Numbered from the stretch's first letter, positions 43,898-52,864 are shown. The stretch is 64,000 bases of DNA from a virus (IMGVR_UViG_3300047444_000753:5256-69255); one strand, 5' to 3'. The notes: generated by a model not told the origin, from the sequence alone. Numbers and translations: made by a program.

Positions 43898-44185
43898 ATG
43901 ACTGCACTGCGCGGCGACAAAATCGAATCACTCCTCTGGGAAAACGGATTCGAGGTACGACACAGACTGCAGCTTCAGGGGCCATCCGAGGTAGAGGTGT
44001 TCGCCGACTCCTTTTCGATCATTCTCGGTGAGACATGGGTCGAAGACGGCGACTGGATGCTGGACGGGTTCTCCACCTACTACGAATGTGTTCAGGGCGG
44101 GGAAGTGTTTGACATGGGCTATCTCGATGACGCCCACACGGAAGATGATCTGGTGGCGCGGATCGTGGAGATAGGGGAACGATGA
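43898..44185 (+). CDS. hypothetical protein
   Basis: ATG 43898; an alternative TTG at 43868 exists. Confidence 0.5.
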   Translation: MTALRGDKIESLLWENGFEVRHRLQLQGPSEVEVFADSFSIILGETWVEDGDWMLDGFSTYYECVQGGEVFDMGYLDDAHTEDDLVARIVEIGER

Positions 44186-44188
44186 GTC

Positions 44189-44362
44189 ATGGTGCTCTTC
44201 AGCAGGGAAACGAAGCGTCTCCGAGCTAGGCGCAACCAACTTCAAGCCGAGGTCTACGGCCTTGCCTCACGAGAGAGGCGGCTTGCGGACCAGCTCCGCA
44301 AGCTCGCCCAGCGGGAGGACATGCTGCGGGCTGACAAGACTGAGATGGATGATGGAGACTGA
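44189..44362 (+). CDS. small coiled-coil protein (57 aa)
   Basis: Overlaps both neighbours. Charged heptad-like sequence. Confidence 0.35.
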   Translation: MVLFSRETKRLRARRNQLQAEVYGLASRERRLADQLRKLAQREDMLRADKTEMDDGD

Positions 44363-44546
44363 CTTCAGCGACGGGCAGACGTTCCGGTTCCACCGCTTCG
44401 GCGTGGGGCCGGACATCTATGTCGCCATCAGGCAAAACTCGCTCTGGAGCGTTACTCTAGAGGGGAACACCAACCTGTGGATGTGCTGGCTGATCAATGA
44501 TGCAGGCGTTCGGGATCGGTGTTGGGACTACCGCTTGACAGACTGA
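44349..44546 (+). CDS. hypothetical protein (65 aa)
   Basis: ATG-ATG start. Confidence 0.5.
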   Translation: MMETDFSDGQTFRFHRFGVGPDIYVAIRQNSLWSVTLEGNTNLWMCWLINDAGVRDRCWDYRLTD

Positions 44547-44604
44547 CTCAATGTGGCCTATTGTATATATTACAAGTCAACCACTGAGACAAAGGAGCAA
44601 GACA

Positions 44605-44967
44605 ATGACCGAGACCCAGATTCAGACACAGGCCGAGATCGCCCTCGCGGAAGAACTCGAAGCAGCACGGCAGGAAGGTGCCGAGCCGATCAGCGCTGAA
44701 ATCCTCGAACTCGTGGAGCGCTACCGTGAACTCAACAAGCTCATGGCCCCATTCAAGGTCGAGCAGGATGCGATCAAGGAACTGGTCATTGACCTGATGC
44801 ACAAGGACCACGTCAAGACCCTGACCCTCAACGGCGTTCCTCAGGTCGAGCTCGTCAAGGCCACCCGCCAGAAGACGGACACCAAGGCCCTCGCTGCGGA
44901 TCTGCCGGAGGTCTACGCCGCCTACGTCTCCACCACCACCTACGAGCGCTTCGACGCGAAGAAGTAG
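44605..44967 (+). CDS. hypothetical protein (120 aa)
   Basis: AAAGGAG RBS. Confidence 0.7.
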   Translation: MTETQIQTQAEIALAEELEAARQEGAEPISAEILELVERYRELNKLMAPFKVEQDAIKELVIDLMHKDHVKTLTLNGVPQVELVKATRQKTDTKALAADLPEVYAAYVSTTTYERFDAKK

Positions 44968-44969
44968 TC

Positions 44970-45116
44970 GTGGCTGAACTAACCAACGCACAGGTAGCCC
45001 TGCAGGCTGCGGTAGCAACCTACGCCGAAGTCTCAGGGACCTACCTATCCACCTCCACAATCATTAATCGGGCCGATGAGTTCAAGAAGTGGCTCGACAA
45101 GAAGGACAGAGAATGA
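44970..45116 (+). CDS. small hypothetical protein (48 aa)
   Basis: GTG start after the previous stop. Its stop overlaps the macro gene start (ATGA). Confidence 0.35.
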   Translation: MAELTNAQVALQAAVATYAEVSGTYLSTSTIINRADEFKKWLDKKDRE

Positions 45117-45613
45117 CATTCGAAATCATCCAAGGGGATCTGTTTGATCCCGACCACGACTTCACCGCCATCGCTCAGGGCGTGAACTGTCAGGGCGTCA
45201 TGGGTGCCGGGATAGCCGTTCCTTTCCGTCTACGCTATCCGGAGATGTACGAGGAATATAAGGCCCTCTGCAGCACCAATAAGCACCTCCTGCCGGGAAC
45301 TGTTCATTCGTACATGGTAGACCAGTCGGACAGCCGACCCGATGTGTTCAATCTCTTCACGCAGTTCCAGCCGGGGAGTAATGGGGACTACGCCTATCTT
45401 GAGCAGGCCATCTACAATATGAAGAATGCCATCGCAATGACCAAGAGTGTGTTTCACATCATCTACGGGCAGTCCCTGCCGTACCGGGTGGGCATGCCTT
45501 GGATCGGCTGCGGCATTGCGGGTCTGGAGAAGCACAACGTGGAGCACATTCTGCGCTGGCACCTGACCGATTCTGTGGACGAATTCGTCCTCGTAGAGCA
45601 GCCAACAGTGTAA
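45113..45613 (+). CDS. macro-domain (ADP-ribose binding/processing) protein
   Basis: IIQGDLF...AIAQGVNCQGVMGAGIA signature of the macro / Appr-1-p fold. Confidence 0.75.
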   Translation: MTFEIIQGDLFDPDHDFTAIAQGVNCQGVMGAGIAVPFRLRYPEMYEEYKALCSTNKHLLPGTVHSYMVDQSDSRPDVFNLFTQFQPGSNGDYAYLEQAIYNMKNAIAMTKSVFHIIYGQSLPYRVGMPWIGCGIAGLEKHNVEHILRWHLTDSVDEFVLVEQPTV

Positions 45614-45716
45614 GTTGCATTCTCCTGCTGGAGATGTTAGAATTACATTGTTGGTCAAACAACAGAGAACAGGGCGTTTGTCTCCTTTAGTCCTGCTGTT
45701 GGGCGCATAGCGCCGG

Positions 45717-45771
45717 GTCCCCGTAGTTGAGCGGTTGTTGGTACCATAAGCTCCTACGGGGATCTTTTTTG
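45717..45771 (+). terminator. terminator (8-bp stem, large loop, T6 tail)
   Basis: TCCCCGTA ... TACGGGGA, then TCTTTTTTG. Confidence 0.55.
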
Positions 45772-45780
45772 CCCAAAACC

Positions 45781-45809
45781 TTGACTACACACATACAAAG
45801 CTGTACACT
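45781..45809 (+). promoter_or_regulatory. promoter TTGACT-17-TACACT
   Basis: Upstream of the HTH gene. Confidence 0.55.
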
Positions 45810-45831
45810 ACTAAAAGCGAAAGGATATCGA

Positions 45832-46170
45832 ATGCCCAAGGTCGATCTAGCAATTCCCAGCAATAGGGTACGAGTAAACATCGGTGGCGTCTCTTACTGG
45901 CGTGAGCCTGAGAAGGTCACCGTTCGTGTCCCGTCGCGCATGGGACCTATGCGCCTGTTCATGGGCGAGGTCCTGCGGGAAGAGCGGAAGGCTCAGGGAA
46001 AGAGTCTCCGGGACATCGACGGCATTGCCCTCGGGTTCGTGTCGGAGATCGAGCGCGGAATCAAGGAGCCCTCCAGTGAAGTACTGGAAACGTTCTGCAA
46101 GAACCTTGATCTGGACCTTGTGGAAGCCCTTCGCCGAACCGCTGACAAAATCGAAACCGCACGTATTTAA
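45832..46170 (+). CDS. XRE-family helix-turn-helix transcriptional regulator
   Basis: HTH region SLRDIDGIALGFVSEIERG. AAAGGA RBS. Confidence 0.7.
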   Translation: MPKVDLAIPSNRVRVNIGGVSYWREPEKVTVRVPSRMGPMRLFMGEVLREERKAQGKSLRDIDGIALGFVSEIERGIKEPSSEVLETFCKNLDLDLVEALRRTADKIETARI

Positions 46171-46181
46171 AGGATAGTCTT

Positions 46182-46382
46182 TTGGAAAAAGTGTACTACA
46201 GCAACGTCCTGATCCCGAAGCAACTGGACTGGAGGTTTGAGGCCACCCACCTGATCGAAGACATCATGGCCGGGTTCCGGCTGGTCAACACCACCCGTTC
46301 CGGTAACTGGGTGGTCCAGATTTCCTCGGCGGAAAAGAAGAACCTCAAGAAGATTCTTGATCGAGCGATCGAGAAATACTAA
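46182..46382 (+). CDS. hypothetical protein (66 aa)
   Basis: TTG start with AAGGAT RBS. Confidence 0.5.
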   Translation: MEKVYYSNVLIPKQLDWRFEATHLIEDIMAGFRLVNTTRSGNWVVQISSAEKKNLKKILDRAIEKY

Positions 46383-46537
46383 TGCCCGAGGATCCGGCAC
46401 TGGTATTCTTCAACCAAGCCAACCGGACAGCACACGAGAACTGGGATTTTGATGTCACCGGATACCTCCAGCGGTCGGCGACTGACCTCTACAACGCGCT
46501 TGCGAGGTCGGCACGAGAGCTGGACGAAACAGCGTAA
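46382..46537 (+). CDS. small hypothetical protein (51 aa)
   Basis: ATG overlaps the previous stop. Confidence 0.4.
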   Translation: MPEDPALVFFNQANRTAHENWDFDVTGYLQRSATDLYNALARSARELDETA

Positions 46538-46540
46538 AGA

Positions 46541-46575
46541 AAAATCCCCCGTCAATCACTGGCGGGGGATCTCTC
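46541..46575. terminator. bidirectional terminator
   Basis: Stem ATCCCCCG/CGGGGGAT between convergent genes. Confidence 0.65.
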
Positions 46576-48012
46576 TTAGCGTCTGCGTATGGATGGCCTG
46601 TGTGGCTGCGTACGCCCTGTTGCCAGTCCTGTGGGTAGTTTACGGTGCGCTGCGGAAGTAGTGGACACCTTACCCACTTTGAGCTCCTTAGGCGGCGTCA
46701 CGAGGGTTGCAATGACGCCCCAGACAAACGCGTCCATCCTGTCCGGAGAATAGGTCGAGTTGGCCGGGTCGAAGAACAGTAGCTGCTCCTCTAGCGTCGG
46801 CATGTAGTCCACGAACCTGACACGCTTCTGCTGCATGGCAATCACGACAGGTTCCGCACGGACGGTCTTACCCTTGACGGCGACCACCAGCATGACCTTC
46901 AGGGTCGGATCGACGGCATTGATCGCCATCTGCAGGAGCTGTCCGCCCTGATTCTTCTCCACGACAACGAACTTGGTGCGGTGCGCTTCGGCGGCATCGA
47001 CAACCTGCTTGGCCCAGATATCCGGCGAGGCACGCAGCGAGTAGTCACCCAGCACGTAGGCACGGCGGCGGGAGAGGTCACGCTCGGCTGTGGCACCGAT
47101 GGCAATGATGCCGCACTCGTCGGCTGCGGACGGATCGCCGGAGACGGACGGATCCACGGCGATGATGCGCAGCGGCAGGTTCGGCACGATCTCGTTGTCC
47201 AGAAGACGCGCATCGTCAATCATGCTCTGCTTGAAGACCAGACCTTCGGCGTCGTCCAGCATCTGCCCGTAGAGCTCCTGCTTGGCGAGATCCGAGTTGC
47301 CGTATCTGCGGACAAGGTTTTCGATGTACAGGTTGGACAGCGAGGTGTTATCGAAGGTGGAGCCACGGATGATGTTGATGCGCTCCTTGGGGTCCTGAGA
47401 GAGCTTCATCAGATCCTGCATGACCTTGGTACGCTTGGGCGTCGTGGCAAGCAGGATCTGCGGATTCTGCCCCAGACGGGTGGCAGCGATCATGTTGGAG
47501 TACAGCGTGGCACCGGAGGAGTCCACGGTGGTCTTCCACGCCGCAAACTCGTCCCCAACCGAAAAGTGGAACTGCGGACCACGGGCGGAGTCGGGGGATT
47601 CCGAGGACAATAGTAGGGCACTGGAGCCGTTAGGCCAGTGCAGGGAGGTGGTGGACGGCTTGTACTCTGGCATCTCGGACGGCGAGTGCACGGACATGAC
47701 GCCGGACTCTCCAGTGATCACGGTACTTCGGTGGTCGGCGGCACGACGGGCGGCAATGCCGATACGGCAGCCCGGGTTTTCCAAGGCCTTGCGCTTAATC
47801 CAGTGGGCGATGGCCAGCGTCTTTCCGAAACCACGACCAGCGACAAGGGCGGTAATTCCCCAGTCACCGTCAGGAATCATCTGCTCTGGACGCAGCCAGA
47901 ATTTGGCGTCGAACTGCAGATTGGCCGCGTCTTCCATTGATAGTTCATTAAGAACTTCGAGACGCTGTGCCTCCGGCAGTTCGGCTAGTTGTTCAGCTAG
48001 GGATTTTCCCAT
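46576..48012 (-). CDS. terminase large subunit
   Basis: Walker A-like GRGFGKT, ATPase and nuclease blocks. 478 aa from ATG 48012, with AAGAAGG RBS. Confidence 0.85.
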   Translation of the reverse strand: MGKSLAEQLAELPEAQRLEVLNELSMEDAANLQFDAKFWLRPEQMIPDGDWGITALVAGRGFGKTLAIAHWIKRKALENPGCRIGIAARRAADHRSTVITGESGVMSVHSPSEMPEYKPSTTSLHWPNGSSALLLSSESPDSARGPQFHFSVGDEFAAWKTTVDSSGATLYSNMIAATRLGQNPQILLATTPKRTKVMQDLMKLSQDPKERINIIRGSTFDNTSLSNLYIENLVRRYGNSDLAKQELYGQMLDDAEGLVFKQSMIDDARLLDNEIVPNLPLRIIAVDPSVSGDPSAADECGIIAIGATAERDLSRRRAYVLGDYSLRASPDIWAKQVVDAAEAHRTKFVVVEKNQGGQLLQMAINAVDPTLKVMLVVAVKGKTVRAEPVVIAMQQKRVRFVDYMPTLEEQLLFFDPANSTYSPDRMDAFVWGVIATLVTPPKELKVGKVSTTSAAHRKLPTGLATGRTQPHRPSIRRR

Positions 48013-48265
48013 GGGGAGCCTTCTTTGTAGACAAAGGCTCGACAAGCAGGAACAGGGCGGACGGGCCGAGATCCTTCTGGTGTGCAAGTAGCTGGTCCGC
48101 TACGTCAACCGGGAGCCCCTGTGGCAGTGTGGGGGATAGCCGGTGCAGGCACTCGTTTTCCGGGAAATGTTCGTTGGTAATCGACGTTGCAATTTCTGCA
48201 AGTCGCGCCGTTCCGGGGTCTTCCGCCAGAAGAAATGTCGCACCGTGGTATGTAGAATTCGTCAT
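47993..48265 (-). CDS. hypothetical protein overlapping the terminase start (small-terminase candidate)
   Basis: 90 aa. GGAGT immediately abuts the ATG (no spacer), so ribosome-binding support is weak. Ends 20 nt inside the terminase gene. Confidence 0.4.
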   Translation of the reverse strand: MTNSTYHGATFLLAEDPGTARLAEIATSITNEHFPENECLHRLSPTLPQGLPVDVADQLLAHQKDLGPSALFLLVEPLSTKKAPHGKIPS

Positions 48266-48367
48266 ACTCCATTGTATCTTGGGGAAAAAGCCCGATTGTG
48301 TGGAATAGACAGCTAGCTTATGGTATTATGTATAGGTTAACGAAACTAGACAGATTGGTTATAACTA

Positions 48368-48535
48368 ATGGGATCTCTTGCAATTTGGATTATCGGAATC
48401 GCGCTCGCGCTTATCGTCGGCCTTTGGCTGGCGTTCGCGGCAGCCGGACTCATCATCCACATTCTGGGCTACATTCTTCTGATCGCTGCGGTGATCGGTA
48501 TCTTCAAGCTCGCAACCCGAGGCAGTACCCGCTAG
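48368..48535 (+). CDS. small membrane protein (55 aa, 2 TM)
   Basis: Very hydrophobic. Followed by terminator 48552..48594. Confidence 0.4.
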   Translation: MGSLAIWIIGIALALIVGLWLAFAAAGLIIHILGYILLIAAVIGIFKLATRGSTR

Positions 48536-48551
48536 CTAGCAGACACAAAGT

Positions 48552-48594
48552 GCACCCCCTGTTGACATTGATCAGCAGGGGGTGTATCTTTTAT
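48552..48594 (+). terminator. rho-independent terminator
   Basis: 9-bp stem CACCCCCTG/CAGGGGGTG, then TATCTTTTAT. Confidence 0.65.
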
Positions 48595-48597
48595 ATA

Positions 48598-48780
48598 TCA
48601 GTTCACCGGAAAAACAGTGAGGCTGCTGCGGTCTCTACTGATGCTGTAGCAGAAGCGCTGGTGATCTGAGAAGAACTGAGTGTAGATCGCATGCGCCAGA
48701 CCAATGATCTGCTCGGAGTTGTACCCTGCGGGGACAGGTACCGAGACACCGTTGTCTGGCTTGCGGGAAGAATTGGCCAT
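48598..48780 (-). CDS. hypothetical protein (60 aa), possibly leaderless
   Basis: TATAAT box 7 nt upstream of the ATG on the − strand, with no SD. Confidence 0.4.
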   Translation of the reverse strand: MANSSRKPDNGVSVPVPAGYNSEQIIGLAHAIYTQFFSDHQRFCYSISRDRSSLTVFPVN

Positions 48781-48848
48781 GTTGCAATTATACAGCACAT
48801 GGATGTAAGATTAATCACACACTACGACAAAAGACAAAGGACAAGAAC

Positions 48849-49193
48849 ATGACCGACCTCAAAGCATTCCACCTCGGAGACCTGATCTCCATTACGGACG
48901 GCCATCTCGTGGCCCCCCGCCACATGGATGCCATCTATGACATTCTTGGATACCTCGCGGAGGATGACGGCCTCACCACTATCGCACTGCCGATGGTCGG
49001 TCGGATCATGGAGCCCGTGGTCCGGGAGCAGCACCCGTTCCTGAACGACATCGTCTGGGACGAATCGATCAGCGACATCGAAGACATTGACGAGCGCAAG
49101 GCCGCGATCGATGTCTGGCTGAAGAACCTGACCGACCAGTACGGTGAATTCCACACCGTCGTACCGGCCTCTGACTGGAAGGCAGGCAAGTAA
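48849..49193 (+). CDS. hypothetical protein (114 aa)
   Basis: AAAGGACAAG RBS. Confidence 0.7.
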   Translation: MTDLKAFHLGDLISITDGHLVAPRHMDAIYDILGYLAEDDGLTTIALPMVGRIMEPVVREQHPFLNDIVWDESISDIEDIDERKAAIDVWLKNLTDQYGEFHTVVPASDWKAGK

Positions 49194-50077
49194 TGGGACG
49201 CGAGATCAAGCGAGTAGCCCTCGATTTTTACTGGCCGCTCAACAAGGTCTGGGAAGGGTTCCTGCTGCCCCAGACTCTTCGGCAGACCACCTGTGAGACG
49301 TGCGATGGCCGAGGATACAGCCCGGAAGCTCTGCACCTTGAGCAGCGCTGGTACGGCAAGGTACCCTTCTCGCCGGAGGAAACCGGCTCCACGCCGTTCA
49401 CGCCGGAGACTCCTGAAGTCCGGGCCTTCGCGGAGCGCAACGTCTCCGGGGCTGAGTGGTATTACGGATCGGGAGAGATGGCCATCCAGAAGGAAGCCCG
49501 ACGCCTTTCCGATCTGTGGAACGGGATGTGGATGCACCACCTCTCGCAGGATGAGGTGGATGTGTTGGTTGCAAATGATGGCCTTCGCGACTACACCCAT
49601 GCGTGGTCGAGGGAGGATGGGTGGCAGAAGATCGAGCCTACACCTGAGGTTATCGCAGAGCAGGTCAACCGCCGATCTTTGTCAAGCTGGTCGGGGTCCA
49701 GTGGTTTGGGTACCTTGATGGAACACTACCTGAAACTGCAGGGCAAGAGCGACAGGTGCAAGGTGTGCGACGGCCACGGCTGCATCGAGTCCTATCCCGG
49801 ACAGCGTGCCGAACAGGAGAAGTGGTACGAGGAAGAACACGAACCTCCGGCAGGTGAAGGCTGGCAGGTCTGGGAAACCGTCTCGGAGGGCTCACCGATC
49901 TCTCCGGTCTTTGCCGACCGGGAGGGACTGATCCAGTGGCTCATGTCCCCCGCATACACATGGGGCACGTCCCGACCGCTGACCCGGGAGCAGGCCGAGA
50001 ATTTCACTGAAGCTGCATGGGCACCCACAGGCATCGTGACGTCTGAGGGCGTCTTCCCCGGAGACCAGATGAGTTGA
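49193..50077 (+). CDS. hypothetical protein with two CxxC pairs (zinc-ribbon-like)
   Basis: CETC...CKVCDGHGC. Confidence 0.65.
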   Translation: MGREIKRVALDFYWPLNKVWEGFLLPQTLRQTTCETCDGRGYSPEALHLEQRWYGKVPFSPEETGSTPFTPETPEVRAFAERNVSGAEWYYGSGEMAIQKEARRLSDLWNGMWMHHLSQDEVDVLVANDGLRDYTHAWSREDGWQKIEPTPEVIAEQVNRRSLSSWSGSSGLGTLMEHYLKLQGKSDRCKVCDGHGCIESYPGQRAEQEKWYEEEHEPPAGEGWQVWETVSEGSPISPVFADREGLIQWLMSPAYTWGTSRPLTREQAENFTEAAWAPTGIVTSEGVFPGDQMS

Positions 50078-50082
50078 CATCT

Positions 50083-50111
50083 ATGTCTCCTAGCCCTAGA
50101 CTGGATATATA
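50083..50111 (+). promoter_or_regulatory. promoter TTGACA-17-TAGACT
   Basis: Consensus -35. Confidence 0.45.
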
Positions 50112-50146
50112 CCGACCAACAACCTAGGATATACAAGGAGACCACG

Positions 50147-50431
50147 ATGCCCACGCATAGCTACGATACAGAGGTATACTACAAGATCCTCATTCCCACA
50201 CCCAAGATCAGAAACCAGATGAAAATCTGCACGCTGCAGGACTTCGATGAGTATCATTACGTCGAGTCCGAGTGGCTGGCCGACGATGACGGCGTCGTGA
50301 GCTTTGACACCGAGCAGGAGGCACGGCAGTATCTCGCGGACCACGTCGATGACGTATGGATCTGCGATGCCGACCGGCTCCCGAAGTCCCACGTCAGCAA
50401 CTGGAAGGCCCATCACCACCATGAGGACTAG
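50147..50431 (+). CDS. hypothetical protein (94 aa)
   Basis: AAGGAGA RBS. His-rich C-terminus. Confidence 0.7.
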   Translation: MPTHSYDTEVYYKILIPTPKIRNQMKICTLQDFDEYHYVESEWLADDDGVVSFDTEQEARQYLADHVDDVWICDADRLPKSHVSNWKAHHHHED

Positions 50432-50603
50432 TGATGAGGTCTACCGGGAACTCGAAGCCACCAGCGGCTTGATCGCCATGGCCAAGTACATGGGAGAAGA
50501 CGTCAGCTACATCTATGCCCTTACAATCAAGAGAGACAATCTGCGCAATGAATACAACCTCCTCAACACAGTCCCGGGTAAAGACACGCCGGGACAGGGT
50601 TAA
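50421..50603 (+). CDS. hypothetical protein (60 aa), doubtful
   Basis: Weak RBS. Overlaps the next gene by at least 56 nt. Confidence 0.3.
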   Translation: MRTSDEVYRELEATSGLIAMAKYMGEDVSYIYALTIKRDNLRNEYNLLNTVPGKDTPGQG

Positions 50604-50739
50604 AGCTCTGGCCCTCAAGGGCAAGAGCCGTGCCGAGATCTCCCGAGAGCTGGGCACCGACTACCAGACCATCCGTCAGGACCTCAAGGTCTTGGGAATC
50701 ATCCCGGCCTCCACCTACAAACTCAAGGAGAAAGCATGA
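50548..50739 (+). CDS. small HTH DNA-binding protein
   Basis: KGKSRAEISRELGTDYQTIRQDL helix-turn-helix. Start uncertain (ATG 50515 or 50548). Confidence 0.5.
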   Translation: MNTTSSTQSRVKTRRDRVKALALKGKSRAEISRELGTDYQTIRQDLKVLGIIPASTYKLKEKA

Positions 50740-51002
50740 ACGACAACGACCTTACCGACATGATGGAGCACATTGCCTCCGACTACTGGGACTCGCGCAT
50801 CATGATCGATGGCCGGGAACCGTGGTCCGAGCAGCCTGTCGCTGTCAAGAACCAGCTCAAGGAAGCGATCCTGCCATGGGTCTTCCGGGCAGCGCCGCTG
50901 CTGGAGCAGAAAGTCATCGAGGGCAACCGCAGCTTCATCGCACAGGCCCGCGAGGCGGGTGCCACCGACACGGAAATCCTCGACCTGATGCTGGCAGCCT
51001 AG
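50736..51002 (+). CDS. hypothetical protein (88 aa)
   Basis: AAGGAGAAAG RBS. Overlapping ATGA start. Confidence 0.7.
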   Translation: MNDNDLTDMMEHIASDYWDSRIMIDGREPWSEQPVAVKNQLKEAILPWVFRAAPLLEQKVIEGNRSFIAQAREAGATDTEILDLMLAA

Positions 51003-51040
51003 AGGGTGGTGGACGCTAGACTAGTCACGGGAGGAGAGGA

Positions 51041-51340
51041 ATGACAATGGACGACATTGACATCGCGATCCTTGACATGAGCGCCTTTGAATTCAAGGTC
51101 GAGTGTGACGTGGCCTACAAGCACAAGGGTGACGGCGTGATCATGCACCGTGGTTCGACCGAGGCAACACACTTCGTCAAGGCCACGTGCGCCTACTGCC
51201 AGACCGAGACGGAGGAGACTGCCGTATGCCTCAGCTTCATTGCCGAGGCGTACGGCAAGCTCAATCTGCAGTGGCGGTGCCTGCATTGCCGGAGCCTGAA
51301 TCGCTATTCGGCCACCTTGAAGGCCGTCGAGATTCGATGA
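51041..51340 (+). CDS. hypothetical Cys-rich protein (99 aa)
   Basis: GGGAGGAGAGG RBS. CAYC...CLHC zinc-ribbon. Confidence 0.7.
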   Translation: MTMDDIDIAILDMSAFEFKVECDVAYKHKGDGVIMHRGSTEATHFVKATCAYCQTETEETAVCLSFIAEAYGKLNLQWRCLHCRSLNRYSATLKAVEIR

Positions 51341-51416
51341 TATACAGCGTCAAGTAGACATCTGTGGCCTTTGGTGTTAGAATCGACCTAATTCTATCAA
51401 TTACAAAGGACACACG

Positions 51417-51794
51417 ATGGCTGAACTGACAGCAATTGATTTTTCCGACATCAAGGCCGGGGATACAATCCGCACCATCCGCAAGAGCGATGGACTGCTC
51501 ACCACGATCGAGGGTGTGGTGTCTCAGCAGGATAGCGACGGGGACTGGCTCAACGACCAAGACGATCTCATTACCTACTCGGATGGTTATGCCGAGACCT
51601 ACTTCCTTGTCCGTGGTGATCTTCCGGAGGACCCGGGGTCCTACATCACCTTCGGCAGCACCACGAGCGACAGCCCGGTGTTCGCGGTGAAGATGTATGG
51701 CGGGGCCGGATGGCTTGCGTCCTTCCCGGACGGCAGCTACGGCGTCTTCTCGGACACCTACATCGGCAACAAGGACTGGGCTCTGATTCGCTAA
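51417..51794 (+). CDS. hypothetical protein (125 aa)
   Basis: AAAGGA RBS. Confidence 0.7.
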   Translation: MAELTAIDFSDIKAGDTIRTIRKSDGLLTTIEGVVSQQDSDGDWLNDQDDLITYSDGYAETYFLVRGDLPEDPGSYITFGSTTSDSPVFAVKMYGGAGWLASFPDGSYGVFSDTYIGNKDWALIR

Positions 51795-51807
51795 GCTTAG
51801 GGGAATC

Positions 51808-51834
51808 GGCACCTTCGGGTGCCTTTTCTTTTGC
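51808..51834 (+). terminator. rho-independent terminator
   Basis: Stem GGCACC / TTCG loop / GGTGCC, then TTTTCTTTTG. Confidence 0.75.
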
Positions 51835-51900
51835 TTGCACTATCGACAACTGTATGTCATACTGATAAGAGATAACCCAAAGACTACGAAAGGCACTGAC

Positions 51901-52341
51901 ATGGCAGACAACCTAGTGAATGACCTCGCCACCTCCATCTCGGACTCTCTCTTGCAGGGAGGCCCGAGTAGCGCTGCCCGGGATATCCTTGAGGACTACG
52001 CCGTCATCCCGGTCTCCGAGCTCCCCAAGGTCGAGCGCGAAGGTGACACCCTATGGATCAATGGACATATCTTCGCCTACGGGATGGTGACAGAGCAGGC
52101 GATGCACCAGATGGCCCTCAGGGGCCTTGCCGGGTTGCGTTTCTTAGAGCTTGAGGCCGAGGCCAGAGCTAAGGCTGAACAGGCTGAGAAGGATGCCCTG
52201 CTCACCGAGGCCTTCACCCTCTGGAAATCCACCCACCCAGAGCCCATGGCCCAGTGGGAGTTCGAGATTCTGGTGAACGACGAGGAGCGGGAGAAGTGGC
52301 TCAGCATTGCCCGTGCCGCCCGGAGTCTCCACGTAAAGTGA
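51901..52341 (+). CDS. hypothetical protein (146 aa)
   Basis: GAAAGG RBS; start chosen at the internal ATG. Confidence 0.65.
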   Translation: MADNLVNDLATSISDSLLQGGPSSAARDILEDYAVIPVSELPKVEREGDTLWINGHIFAYGMVTEQAMHQMALRGLAGLRFLELEAEARAKAEQAEKDALLTEAFTLWKSTHPEPMAQWEFEILVNDEEREKWLSIARAARSLHVK

Positions 52342-52405
52342 CTAATCTCGGCGGGTCGCGTAATATAGTCAGTGCACTTACTCAACCACACAGAAGGATG
52401 TCCCG

Positions 52406-52756
52406 ATGAGCAAACTGCACGACGCGATCCTAGCCGAGACCAAGAAGCGGAAACCCACCACCGGATCTGGCTCCACCTACGGTAAGGGCTGGAATGCGGC
52501 GATGGAGAACATCGCTCGCATGTTGGAAAGCTTTGAGGACGACGGCTCCAGTGAGAGCCGGGTCCGCTATGAGTGGGCCATCCGGGATGACACTGGGGCC
52601 GTTCACGGCATCACCGTGGCCCGATCCATTGCCGAGATTGAGCTGACACAGCAGCTGGAGCGACATCCGGGAATCAAGGCCGAGCTGGTTTCCAGCCGAG
52701 TGGTGGGCGAAATGCGCAGCGCTTGGACTGTTCCGAGCGAGGCTGGGGTATACTAG
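52406..52756 (+). CDS. hypothetical protein (116 aa)
   Basis: GAAGGA RBS. Confidence 0.7.
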   Translation: MSKLHDAILAETKKRKPTTGSGSTYGKGWNAAMENIARMLESFEDDGSSESRVRYEWAIRDDTGAVHGITVARSIAEIELTQQLERHPGIKAELVSSRVVGEMRSAWTVPSEAGVY

Positions 52757-52783
52757 CACCCGCATTATACCACAGTCTCTAAA

Positions 52784-52825
52784 GCCGCCTGTAGTGTTTC
52801 CCCTCACACTGCAGGCGGTTTTTTG
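52784..52825 (+). terminator. rho-independent terminator
   Basis: 13-bp stem CCGCCTGTAGTGT/ACACTGCAGGCGG, then TTTTTTG. Confidence 0.8.
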
Positions 52826-52829
52826 CGTC

Positions 52830-52858
52830 TTGACAGCTGTACACGTCAGTTGTACACT
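52830..52858 (+). promoter_or_regulatory. promoter TTGACA-17-TACACT
   Basis: Directly after the terminator. Confidence 0.6.
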
Positions 52859-52864
52859 GTATAT

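Noticed and set aside
46449-46661. 70-aa + strand ORF crossing the bidirectional terminator into the terminase gene
   Set aside because: It reads through a strong hairpin and overlaps the convergent terminase gene; no RBS.
48298-48669. 123-aa + strand ORF between the terminase-proximal genes
   Set aside because: Low-complexity, Arg-rich product that spans a terminator hairpin and promoter-like AT tracts. A shorter 55-aa membrane ORF (48368–48535) fits the signals better.
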